NCBI GenBank assembly: GCA_965202585.1
Contig: OZ241829.1
Coordinates: 65,844,001 to 65,908,000, forward strand
DNA: 64,000 nucleotides
From: Thalia democratica
Taxonomy: Eukaryota
Direction: 5' to 3'
Position numbers and translations under genes: made by a program. Every line of letters begins with the position of its first letter. Position 1 is the first letter of the stretch. Shown piece by piece: positions 1-12,420 of the stretch. The notes below the pieces were generated by a model. It saw only the letters and a list, made by a program, of their open reading frames with translations, ran no database searches and was not told the origin of the DNA.

Positions 1-615
1 TTACATGTTAAGTAGAAAAATTTATCACTTAAATAATTTTTTGGTCATCATCAATTTTTTTTATTCATAAACACATTCAAAGTAGCTTTACAGTATGTTT
101 TCAATGCTTTTATACTAGTTGACAAAGTTTTTTTTTACCTTAAAATTAACTTGAAACTAAAAATACACCCTAATATGTGTACATTTAAAACCTGTAAAAA
201 TTTTGTTAAATGCCACTGATAACCCTGTACTAACTAACTGTTAGCTCATCAACATTTTAAAGATTTTTCTGTGTTTTTTAATCAACTGTATTTGATTTTA
301 CATACAAGTCTCGGCTTAATAACATTTTATAACTATAGCATTACTAATTAAAAAATAATTAAAATGGAAGAATAAACCTTTGCCAACAAGGTATTTGAAA
401 TTTAGTTACATAGATTACTATATTTGTGTTTTAAATGATTTTATTAGTTGAGAAAACATTGTGACACATATAGAAGTTTTAAAAGTAATTTGCTGATTGG
501 AAATAAGACCGGTAAAAATTCATTTTGAACGAATTTGTAATATTCCTACTGTACACTAATGGTTTAATAAATTGTGTATACAGTCTGGCTCAACTAAATA
601 CCTTAATACTAACAG

Positions 616-754
616 CCTGAAGGAATTGAGAAGTGCTTTTTGAAATCAGTTATATTCATGAATGAAGACGATGAAGCACTTTTGGACGCATTCGAGATAA
701 TTTACCCTGAAAATGTTGTACCAGGATCCGAAAGAGCGTCGCTGTTCATTTACG
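616..754 (+). CDS. Exon similar to A2M/CD109/TEP segment preceding the thioester domain
   Basis: TACTAACAG acceptor and GTAGGA donor. 139 nt, PEGIEKCFLKSVIFMNEDDEALLDAFEIIYPENVVPGSERASLFIY(G), matching the recalled A2M pattern PEG[LI]EK...P.NVV..S.RAS....G(D). Confidence 0.7.
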
Positions 755-2164
755 GTAGGATTGGTTAAATACAGAACTTTCCATTAATTTTTAGACAAAT
801 AACTTATTTAAATAAAATATTGTATAGTATAATCTATTACAAAAGATAATTTTATATAGTTTTAAATATATAAACCAAAGCTAACCATTATAACTATCCT
901 GAAATAAGTTAATAACAAATACATTAAAAACATATAAATTAAATACAACACTAGATAGTTTTGTATAATTATTTATTTTTTGGTTGTTTACAAAAAATTT
1001 TTACATGTTATGTCGAAAAATCTTGATATGACGCATAAATTATCATATAGAATTTTTTTTGGTCATCATCAAAAATTTCCATTTAAAAACACATTTAAAG
1101 TAGCTTAACCGTATGTTTTTAATGTTTTTATACTATTTAACGCAGTTTTTACCTTAAACTCAATTTTAAACTAAAAATAGACCGAAGAATGTGTACTTTT
1201 AAAAACTTGGAGGAAATTCTGAAAACCTGGATATTTTTTTTAAATGACTGATAACCCTGTACTAACTAACTATTAGCTCATCAAGGTCCGCCTTTACTGC
1301 GTTGTTAAACTAAGATGGTTTTTATATCGTTAGTGATTGTTTCAAAATTTATTCTTTAAGAAAAAGCCGTTTGCTCATTGATAATGTCAATAAATGATGA
1401 AAACTTTGTGAGTAAATAGTTTGATTTGTATTTTATTAGACAGTTTATTTCTGAGCTCTAAAGCTTTTTTAATTGAACAAAATATTTTAACTGTCTAAAA
1501 TTATAATATTTGGAATTTGTTCTGACCCCGGATTTACGTCTTACTTGAATTTCTTTATCTATTTTAAGGTATTATTGGTTTATTTAAATACATTTTTGTG
1601 ATGTCATAATTCAGAATACTTCCTCAGTTTTCGATATCAGTCGCTTTCTTTTTGGAACTTGTATCTTTTTTATGGTGTCATATTAACGGTGTTGATTTTC
1701 AGAAAAACAAATTATTTTTATTCTATTTTTCAGAAAACTCGAAAATGTATATAACTAAGAATAAGTTTTTAAATAGTTTTGTAGTTACACTGATTTTTGC
1801 ATTTTTAAACATTTGTCTATGTTTTTTAATCAACTGTAATTGATTTTACATACAAGTCTCTGCTCAATTACATTTTATAAAAATAAGTTTTCTAATATAA
1901 AAAAAATCAAAATGGAAGAATAAACCTTTTACAAAAAAGTGTTTGAAATTTAGTTACAAAGATTACTATATTTGTGTTTTAAATGATTTTATTAGTTTAG
2001 AAAACATAATAACCCGTACAGAAGTTTTAAACGTAGTTTTCTGATTAAAAATAAGACCTGTATCTATTCATTTTGAACGAATTTGTAATCTTGCCATTGT
2101 GTACTAATGGTTTAATAAATTGTGTGTACAATCTGGCTCAAGTAAAACACCTTAATACTAACAG

Positions 2165-2303
2165 CCTGAAGGAATTGAGCAGTGCTTTTTGTAATCAGTT
2201 ATATTCATAAATGAAGACGATGAAGCACTTTCGGACGGATTCGAGATAATTTACCCTGAAAATGTTGTACCAGGATCCGAAAGAGTGTCGCTGTACATTT
2301 ACG
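2165..2303 (+). pseudogene. A2M/TEP-like exon copy with premature stop
   Basis: Same 139-nt exon with intact AG/GT, but codon 10 is TAA (GAA in most copies). Confidence 0.7.
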
Positions 2304-3896
2304 GTAGGATTTGTTAAATACAGAACTTTCCATTAAATTTTAGACAAATAACTTATTTAAATAAAATATTATATAGTGTGGTCTATTACAAAAGATAACT
2401 CTATATAGTTTTAAATATATAAACCAAATTTAACCATTATAACTATCCTGAAATAAGTTAATAAAAAATACGTTAAAAACATATAAATCAAATTACCACA
2501 CTAGATAGTTTTGTACAATTATTTATTCTTGGTTGTAAACAAAAAACTTTTGTTCGCTTTTTCGATTAGTTTTTCTCAATAAAGCAGCAGTATTTTACTG
2601 AGTACAGCTTGATACTTTTTATCTATCTTGCTCAATATTTCTTTTTAACGTTTGTTATTGCTTGTAATCAAGTACTCTCAAATCTACTTACAGGTTTGCC
2701 ACTTTATCTGATAATATAGAAAAACCTGGAATTTTGAAGAAAAATCACCAAAAAACCTGGAATTTTAAACAATTTTTACATGTTATGTCGAAAAATCTTG
2801 ATACGACGCAAAAAAATTATCATATAAATTTTTTTTTGGTCATCATCAAAATTAAAAACACATTTAAAGTAGCTTAACCGTATGTTTTCAATGTTTTTAT
2901 ATATTTAACGCAGTTTTTACCTTAAACTCTATTTAAAACTTAAATTAGACCGAAACATGTGTACTTTTCAAAACTTGGAGGAAATTCTGAAAACCTGGAT
3001 ATTTTTTTTTTAAATGACTGATAGCTCTGTACTAACTAACTATTAGCTCATCCAGATCCACCTTAACTGCGTTGTTAAACTAAGATGGTTTTTATATCGT
3101 TAGTGATTGTTTCAAAATTTTTTCTTTAAGAAAAAGCCGTTTGTTCATTGATAATGTCAATAAATTATAAAAACTTTGTGAGTAAATAGTTTGGTTTGTA
3201 TTTTATTAGACAGTTTATTTCTGAGCTCTAAAGCTTTTTTGATTGAACAAAATTATTAAACTGTCTGAAATTATAATATCTGGAATTTGTTCTGACCCCG
3301 GATTTACGGCTTACTTGAATTTCTACATCTATTTTAAGGTATTATTGGTTTAGTTAAATACATTTTTGTGATTTCATAGTTCAGAATACTTCCTCAGTTT
3401 TCGATATCAGTCGCTTTCTTTTTGGGACTTGTATCTTTTTTATGGTGTCATATTAACGGTGTTGTTTTTGAGAAAAACTCAAATTATATTCATTCTATAT
3501 TTCAGAAAACTCGAAAATGTAAATAATCAAGAATAAGTTTTTGAATAATTCAGTAGTTAAACTGGTTTTTGCATTTTTAAACATTTGTCTGTCTTTTTTA
3601 GTCAACTGTTTTTGATTATACATACACGACACGGCATAATTACATTTTATAAACATTAGTTCTGTAATTAAAAAAAAATCAAAATGGAAGAATAAATCTG
3701 TGTCAACAAGGTATTTGAAATTTAGCATGATTTTTTTAGTTAAGAAAACATAATAACACTTACAGAAGTTTTAAAAGTAATTTAATGATTAGAAATTAAT
3801 CATTTTGAACGAATTTGTATTATTGCCATTGTGTACTAATGGTTTAATAAATTGTGTGTACAATCTGGCTCAAGTAAAACACCTTAATACTAACAG

Positions 3897-4035
3897 CCTG
3901 AAGGAATTGAGCAGTGCTTTTTGGAATCAGTTATATTCATGAATGAAGACGATGAAGCACTTTCGGACGGATTCGAGATAATTTACCCTGAAAATGTTGT
4001 ACCAGGATGCGAAAGAGCGTCGCTGTACATTTACG
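3897..4035 (+). CDS. A2M/TEP-like exon copy
   Basis: Open 139 nt, PEGIEQCFLESVIFMNEDDEALSDGFEIIYPENVVPGCERASLYIY(G); AG/GT intact. Confidence 0.65.
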
Positions 4036-5648
4036 GTAGGATTGGTTAAATACAGAACTTTACATTAATTTTTAGACAAATAACTTATTTAAATAACGTC
4101 TAAAACATTAAAATAATATATTATTTAGTATAACCTATTATAAAAGCTAATTGTTTATAGTTTTAAATATATAAACCAAATTTAACCATTATAACTATCC
4201 TGAAATAGGTTAATAAAAAATACATTAAAAACATATAAATCAAATTACCACACTAGATAGTTTTGTATAATTATTAATTTTTTGGTTGTAAACAAAAAAC
4301 TTTTGTTCGCTTTTTCGATTAGTTTTTCTCAATAAAGCAGCAATATTTTACTGAGTACAGCTTGGTACTTTTTATCTATCTTGCTCAATATTTCATTTTA
4401 ACGTTTGTTATTGCTTGTAATCAAGTACTCTCAAATCTACTTACATGTTTGCCACTTTATCTGATAATATAGAAAAACCTGTAATTTTGAAGAAAAATCA
4501 CCAAAAAACCTGGAATTTTAAACAATTTTTACATGTTATGTCGAAAAATCTTGATATAACGCAAAAAAATTATCATATAGAATTTTTTTTGGTCATCATC
4601 AAAATTAAAAACACATTTAAAGTAGCTTAACCGTATGTTTTCAATGTTTTTATATATTTAACGCAGTTTTTACCTTAAATTCTATTTAAAACTAAAAATA
4701 GACCGAAACATGTGTACTTTTCAAAACTTGGAGGAAATTCTGAAAACCTGGATATTTTTTTTTAAATGACTGATAGCTCTGTACTAACTAACTAATAGCT
4801 CATCAAGATCCGCCTTAACTGCGTTGTTAAACTAAGATGGTTTTTATATCGTTAGTGATTGTTTCAAAATTTTTCTTTAAGAAAAAGCCGTTTGTTCATT
4901 GATAATGTCAATAAATTATAAAAACTTTGTGAGTAAATAGTTTGGTTTGTATTTTTTTAGACAGTTTATTTCTGAGCTCTAATACTTTTTTGATTGAACA
5001 AAATTATTAAACTGTCTGAAATTATAATATCTGGAATTTGTTCTGACCCCGGATTTACGGCTTACTTGAATTTCTACATCTATTTTAAGGTATTATTGGT
5101 TTAGTTAAATACATTTTTGTGATTTAATAGTTCAGAATACTTCCTCAGTTTTCGATATCAGTCGCTTTCCTTTTGGGACTTGTATCTTTTTTATGGTGTC
5201 ATATTAACGGTGTTGTTTTTGAGAAAAACTCAAATTATTTTCATTCTATATTTCAGAAAACTCGAAAATGTAAATAATCAAGAATAAGTTTTTGAATAAT
5301 TCAGTAGTTAAACTGGTTTTTGCATTTTTAAACATTTGTCTGTCTTTTTTAGTCAACTGTTTTTGATTATACATACACGACACGGCATAATTACATTTTA
5401 TAAACATTAGTTCTGTAATTAAAAAAAAAATCAAAATGGAAGAATAAATCTGTGTCAACAAGGTATTTGAAATTTAGCATGATTTTTTTAGTTTAGAAAA
5501 CATAATAACACGTACAGAAGTTTTAAAAGTAATTTAATGATTAGAAATTAATCATTTTGAACGAATTTGTATTATTGCCATTGTGTACTAATGGTTTAAT
5601 AAATTGTGTGTACAATCTGGCTCAAGTAAAACACCTTAATACAAACAG

Positions 5649-5787
5649 CCTGAAGGAATTGAGCAGTGCTTTTTGGAATCAGTTATATTCATGAATGAAG
5701 ACGATGAAGCACTTTCGGACGCATTCGAGATAATTTACCCTGAAAATGTTGTACCAGGATGCGAAAGAGCGTCGCTGTACATTTACG
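5649..5787 (+). CDS. A2M/TEP-like exon copy
   Basis: Open 139 nt, SDAF...PGCERAS variant; AG/GT intact. Confidence 0.65.
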
Positions 5788-8700
5788 GTAGGATTGGTTA
5801 AATACAGAACTTTCCATTAACTTTTAGACAAATTACTTATTTAAATAACGTTTAAAACATTAAAATAATATATTATTTAGTATAACCTATTACAAAAGAT
5901 AATTGTTTTAGTTTTAAATATATAAACCAAAGCTAACCATTATAACTATTCTGAAATAAGTTAATAACGAATACATTAAAAACATATAAATTAAATTACC
6001 ACACTAGATTGTTTTGTATAATTATATATTTTTTGGTTGTTTACGAAAAACTTTTGTTCGCTTTTTTGATTAGCTTTGCTCAATAAAACAGCAGTATTTT
6101 ATTGATTACAGCTTGATACTTTTTATCTACCTTACTCTTTATTTCTTTTTAACATTTGTTATTGCTTGTAATCAAGTACTCTCAAATCTACTTACAGAGT
6201 TGCCATTTTACCTGGAATTTTGAATAAAAATCACTAAAAAACCTGAAATTTTAATTAATTTTTACATGTTAAGTAGAAATATTTATCATATGAATAATGT
6301 TTTGGTCATCATCAAATTTTTTTATTCATAAACACATTTAAAGTAGTTTTATAGTATATTTTCAATGTTTTTATACTATTTAACACAGTGTTTTACCTTA
6401 AACTCAATTTAAAACTAAAGATAGACCGAAACATGTGTACTTTTCAAAACTTGGAGGAAATTCTGAAAACCTGGATATATTATTTTAAATGACTGATAGC
6501 TCTGTACTAACTAACTATTAGCTCATCAAGATCCGCCTTTAATGCGTTGTTAAACTAAGATGGTTTTTATATCGTTAGTGATTGTTTCAAAATTTATTCT
6601 TTAAGAAAAAGCCGTTTGCTCATTGATAATGTCAATAAATGATGAAAACTTTGTGAGTAAATAGTTTGGTTTGTATTTTATTAGACAGTTTATTTCTGAG
6701 CTCTAAAGCTTTTTTGACGGAACAAAATTATTTAACTGTCTGAAAGAATAATAACAGAAATTTGTTCTGATCCCGGATTTACGGCTTACTTGAATTTATT
6801 TATCTAATTTAAGGTATCATTGGTTTAGTTAAATACATTTTTGTGACGTCATAATTCAGAATACTTCTTCAGTTTTTGATATCTATAGTTTTCTTTTTTG
6901 GATTTAAATCTTTTCTAAGATATCTTTTTAATGGTGTTGATTTTCAGAAAAAAAAAATCTTCTTTTTCAGGATGAATGTGAATTTTTATTCAATATCCTT
7001 ATTTTTCTACGTTTAATTTTCGATAATATATCCCTTTTTCTACAGTATTTGTTTTTTAACGTAGTAATCTATTGCAAGTTTTTTATTATAGAACCAACTA
7101 ATACGTTTGATGTACTTTTAGTTTATATTAGTGATGAAAGAAACTTTTGTTACTCAAGTTTTTGTAGTTTTATATGGTTGTCTTAACTCAGTGAATACCG
7201 CTTGTTCTGTATTTATTTCCTTTAAACAACAACAAATTATATTTCTCTATTGTATTTAGTTAGAATCTTTTACAGAACCTGAAATTGATCTTTATTTGAC
7301 TTTTGTTCTTCTTAAAATTATTTTATATAGTTGTAAATTTATGCAAAGCTGGTTTGTGTTGACCTATCAATTTTACATTTTTGTACGTTTCTTCATTAGC
7401 AAACCAAAATGTATTTTTAATTAAGTTAATAGTTGTTATGTTTCGCGAATAAAATCCACGATTTTCAAAAATGAATTTTGTTATGTTATTTAAATAAGTT
7501 TATAATTTAGCTTTGGTTGCAGTGCAGTTTGTACTTTGCTTTATTTTAAATAAGATTTTTTTTTTGACATTGAACAAACAATATTTAATTCTAGTAAGTA
7601 CGTCTCTTTTTTAAACAGTGTTCTAAGTAGACTAATTGATTCATTATAATAATATTCAATATAATTTAATATGATAATAAGTTTTTATACTATTTAACAC
7701 ATTATCTTACCTTAAACTTAACTTTAAATTAAAAATAGACCCAAAAAAGTGTACTTTTAAAAACCAGGAAAAAATTTGCCAACAATATTTGGCAACCCTA
7801 TTTTATGCTATAAACTAGTGTTTTAAATATAAAACTAATATTTTTGATTAAAGGGAAAGAAAATCAAACAAATTGAAACTGTAAAGTAAGATGAACTAAA
7901 ACTAGATAACACTTAACTAATTTTAAGTTGAATTTCTCGAATATGTGATTGCTTTTGTGTTAACAATAAAAGTATATATTTTGAAACGCTACTTTTAATT
8001 TTGATGCTTTCAAATTTCTTAGTTTTTACTTATGTAATTAAATAACCAACATATCAAGATAGCAAGTTAATCTCAAAATAAACGTTCTCTAAGGTAAATC
8101 TATGGTAAATTTTTACAGCTTCAGCTTAAAAGTTCAACGTTAGTAAAATAGAAATAATAATTTAATATAAAAGCAAGTACTAACTAAATTTTTGAATAAA
8201 ATCAAAACTAAATGAACACTTAATTAAATGATAATTTTAAACCATTTGTATTTTTGCTGTCATTTTTAAATGTTGTGATGCGCTAAGTTGCAAACTAAGA
8301 TTTTTAAAGAGTTTCTAACCTATAACCGTTTATAAAATTAGTGTTTGACAAAAGTGTGCACATTGAGCAGTAAACTTTGAGAAACCAACTTTAAACTACT
8401 TTATTTCTGTTTAATTTTGTATCAAACCGTTTCTGAAATTATAAAATTACTGAAGTATTTCTAGAGTATCGAGTTCTTAATTTGTTAAACCTAAATTCTT
8501 CGTATATTTTTTAGCTTTAAAGTTAATATCAAAAGTAAAAGAACAAAAACGTTATGTGTTATCATTAAAATTTTATTTATAAATCTTTTGTTATCCGATT
8601 TTTATTTATTTTTCATTCCAGTTTTGTACCTCAAGTCGTGCTTGTGGCCTCCTTTTCCTGACGCATCTTGTTAGTGTTATTTTACCCATAAAAACAGAAC

Positions 8701-9040
8701 ATACTATTAAGAGACGAACAATTTTATAATTTTACGAAATAGAAACTAAAACTATTTATTATATTTAAAATGTGTAATTTCATAGGTGATTATGAAGAAT
8801 GACCGAGAAGACGCAAAAAGGACCCGAGAACCAGAGGCGAAGTAATTAAGAGATACTGAAAATTTGTTCCTACGTCATAGTGTTTCTTACTTTAATAGGT
8901 GAATATTGTTTGTTTTCATTTATAAATTATAGTTATAGTTGTTAAAATTAGTTGTATTTTAATATTTAAGCATACATTTCAATGTAATTCAGTATAATAC
9001 AAGTCAAAAGGTAAAATACATTTTAAAGTAAAGTTTTTTA

Positions 9041-9870
9041 CCATTATTACGTCATTAAATTATTTGGAATGAAGCAGGACCTGACCACAAGGATAGCCTA
9101 AACCAGAGGTCGCAGTGAAATTAAAAAAAAAACGTTGTCCACACTTAATTAAAAAATTATAAAAACAAAAATGGGATAAAATATACTATGATAAAACACT
9201 CGTAAATAGTTTTATTATGAACATTCAAGTTCTTTTGTTTTAAAGTAGTGCTTAATGTTATCCGCCATTGAAACTGTAGCTCTACAAACGAAATTTGATT
9301 AAATGTTTAGTTATACATAAAAGTTAAGTGAGCTATCAATTAATTAGCTTCACATGGCGTCAGGTACAAACATGTTGATACTCCTTAAACTTAATTCCTT
9401 AATACTCAATAAAAATTAAAAACCGCAGTCATATCATTCCAGGGCGAAACTATTTTTTTACTATTATTACGTCATTAAATTATTTGGAATGAAGCAGGAC
9501 CGGACCACAATAGTAGCCTAAACCAGAGGTCGCAGTGAAATTAAAAAAAAACGTTGTCGCGGTTCACACTTAATTAAAAAATTTAAAAAACAAAAATGGG
9601 ATAAAATATACTATGATAAAGCACTCGTAAATAGTTTTATTATGAACATTCAAGTTCTTTTATTTAAAGTAGTGCTTAATGTTATCCGCCATTGAAACTG
9701 TCGCTCTACAAACGAAATTTGATTAAATGTTTAGTTATACATAAAAGTTAAGTAAGCTATCAATTAATTAGCTTCACATGGCGTCAGGTACAAATATGTT
9801 GATACTCCTTAAACTTAATTCCTTAATACTCAATAAAAATTAAAAACCGCAGTCATATTATTCCAGGGCA
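9041..9870. repeat. Two-copy ~420-bp tandem duplication
   Basis: The block starting (c/t)ATTATTACGTCATTAAATTATTTGGAATGAAGCAGGACC at 9041 recurs at 9461. Confidence 0.9.
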
Positions 9871-11028
9871 AAATTATGAGTTAACAGTAGCTTTAAAAGG
9901 TCCTTACAGTTCAAAAGAAAAACTTATGGAGTATTTGTTACATGTCGTTTTGTTGTAGTAGAAAATTGTAAAAGTTTAAATTACTGTGTACATCATATAC
10001 ACAACTGAATATTTATTTATATTATTTCGAACATAACCTTTAGAGTTGTACAACTCAGTACTGTTGACTAAAAAGTTTATTTAAGCTTTTTATTTTATAG
10101 GTGTTTCGTACTTTTATAAACTAAAAATACATACTCAGCTTAAATATATTTAATTATATCATTAATTGTTTAAAAACACAGTAGTAATAAAATTAAAGTT
10201 TGCTTTACAGTGTTAAGCTTATTAACTGTACCACAAATTTAAAGTAATTTATTTTTTGATACGCAAAGTTTATGGTAATTTTTAGCTTTGATGATGTTGT
10301 TAAAAATATTTTTTTGTTGAGAGTTACTTTTATTATTTACTTTAAACTTAGAGATTAAAACAAATACAATAATCAAACTTACTATCGAATTTGTAACAAC
10401 TCAATGAGTAAAAAATATATTATGTTTATAAAGTTTTCAAAATAGTATAGTTATTAATGAAACTTTAAGTACTTGCTATTCTTTAAAATAAAATATTAAA
10501 GTCAAAAACAAAAATAGTGTTGAAGTAAACTTATAAACTGCAGTAATTGTTATAAACGAAATTACAAAATGTTAAAAGTTAAATGTTATTAAATTTATAT
10601 TAATACTTGATCTTTGAAAAATAATAGTTTATCTTAACTTAGATTTAAAAGTTGCGCAATATTTATATTCTAAACAACATTAATTAAACAATTTAAAATT
10701 TGAGTTTTTATTCTACACAGTGTTTAATGCGTAATGCAATGATCACGAACTAAAAACTGTTTAAAGTAAGACTGACAAAGCTATATATACTAAATTATAT
10801 AAGTCTGTTAAATTGACAAAAATTTCAAAGTCTTAATAACGAATTGAATAACTACTATAGAGCTATCATTCCAGTTATTATGAGGGTTAAATTAATTTTT
10901 TATACAAAAAACTTATGGATACAGCTTACAATGAAATAAAAATATAAAATACCAATACGATATAAACACAAGCATAAATGCAACAAACTTAGAAAATGGT
11001 AAAATATGCAATTACGGACACGAAAATG

Positions 11029-12420
11029 TTATGATTTTAGATATTTAGCGAAGTATCTACATTTACCAATTAACTCAGTTCCGGAGTTGAGAGAGGAGTT
11101 TTTGTCAGCGATTGCTATTTCCAATTTTTCAATATTACACAGAGTGCATATTCTGCTCGGTTTGCGTTGATTAATTTTATGCATTATCTTCCATTTAACA
11201 TTGTTCTTAATCATATCTTCATTGAACTTAGCGGCGTGAAAAAATGAGCTGAATTTTGTGGATTCTTTCAGATTTTAATTTCTGCAGCTATGCATATTTT
11301 CGTTGTATCTTGTTTTAAAGTTTTTTGCAGTGTATCCAAAATAAAGCTGTTCTTTGTTATTATATGTGACAGTAGCTTTGTATATGACACGTCTGGAAAG
11401 GCATTTACCTTCCACTGGGCATGAGGTTATATTTCTACAATTGCAAGTTGTTTCATTTTTCTTCTGTTTTTTTTACTTTCCTCTATGATTTTGAGATTTG
11501 ATTCGGTGATTTCGGATTATTAATGGACATACATGAATAACTTATTTTGATTGTCTTTCTGTTAAGAATTTTATTTATCCGTTTTTAGGTTTACACTTAT
11601 CTACTAATTTAAGAAGGTTTTAATATTTTGGTCTTTAATGTTGCCCTAAAAGGGGGGTTGTAGTATTTCATTTCCTTTTTTCTTCTTTTTCTACCGGCCG
11701 TACCATAATTTTGATATAAGTATTCTAAGACTTTGTTAAAGTCACTGTTTTTTAACGCCTTCTCGTATGATTCCTTGTAATTATTAGACATAGTCTTGTT
11801 TTTTGATAAAGCAGATAATATATTTTGTATCATATTATGTAATTCTCTTTTGACGCTTGGTGGATGGTTAGAGTTTATATTTATGTTTTTTTTTTCTTTA
11901 GCGTTGGGTTTTCTGTGTAGATGATATATCATTCTGTATATCAAGTAATACATCCAGTAAGTCTATCTTACTGCTGTCTAATTCGATATTGTTTTTTTAA
12001 TTTTTTCAGAGAAAACCGCTCTAATATCTTTTCTTGTCTTTACTATGGTTCTTTTTATCGCTTTTTAATTATCAAAAGTCCATCATCGCGGTACAACTCG
12101 AAGTTATCTTTAGATAAAAATTGGTTTGAGTTATTCAATAGGAACGAAACGATTAACTCGCAAACTTCAGCGCCATGGTTGCTTCCCATCGGAACGTCAA
12201 ATAGGTCTTCTTTTGCATTCTTTTTGATCCAAACTTCGTTGACATGTCTGAGAACTACCTTGCATGAGTGTAGTATAGTATCTATGTTTGAGTTTTTTAT
12301 TTTCATATATTTCTTTGCAAATTCGATAGATGTTTTTTAGTAAAAGATTTTTCGAGATACTTGGGTAGGATTCTTCTTTATTAAATTTTATAAACGTGTA
12401 ACTACTCTTGTTGTTCATTT
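11029..12420 (-). mobile_element. Penelope-like retroelement remnant (RT, thumb, GIY-YIG end), frameshifted
   Basis: Broken minus-strand ORFs with PLE-type motifs: FIKFN..ESYPSIS, FDVPMGSNHGAEVCEL, LYRDDGL, ININSNHPP...YEKALKNS, YYNPPF, and C-terminal WKI...CTLCNIEKLEI...KCR. Confidence 0.88.

Larger units (their letters stand above)
1..6960 (+). repeat. Tandem array of ~1.55-1.75 kb units, each with an A2M/TEP-like exon and a decayed MITE
   Basis: The conserved exon recurs at 616, 2165, 3897 and 5649 (spacing 1549, 1732, 1752), with shared intron blocks between. End approximate. Confidence 0.95.

Noticed and set aside
1652-5461. Short ORFs inside array units (1652, 3495, 4445, 5246; also 41863)
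   Set aside because: AT-rich intron or MITE sequence with no recognisable motif, not conserved as open frames across units.
1-6960. CRISPR-like array
   Set aside because: Units are kilobase-sized near-identical repeats without unique spacers, and there are no cas genes.
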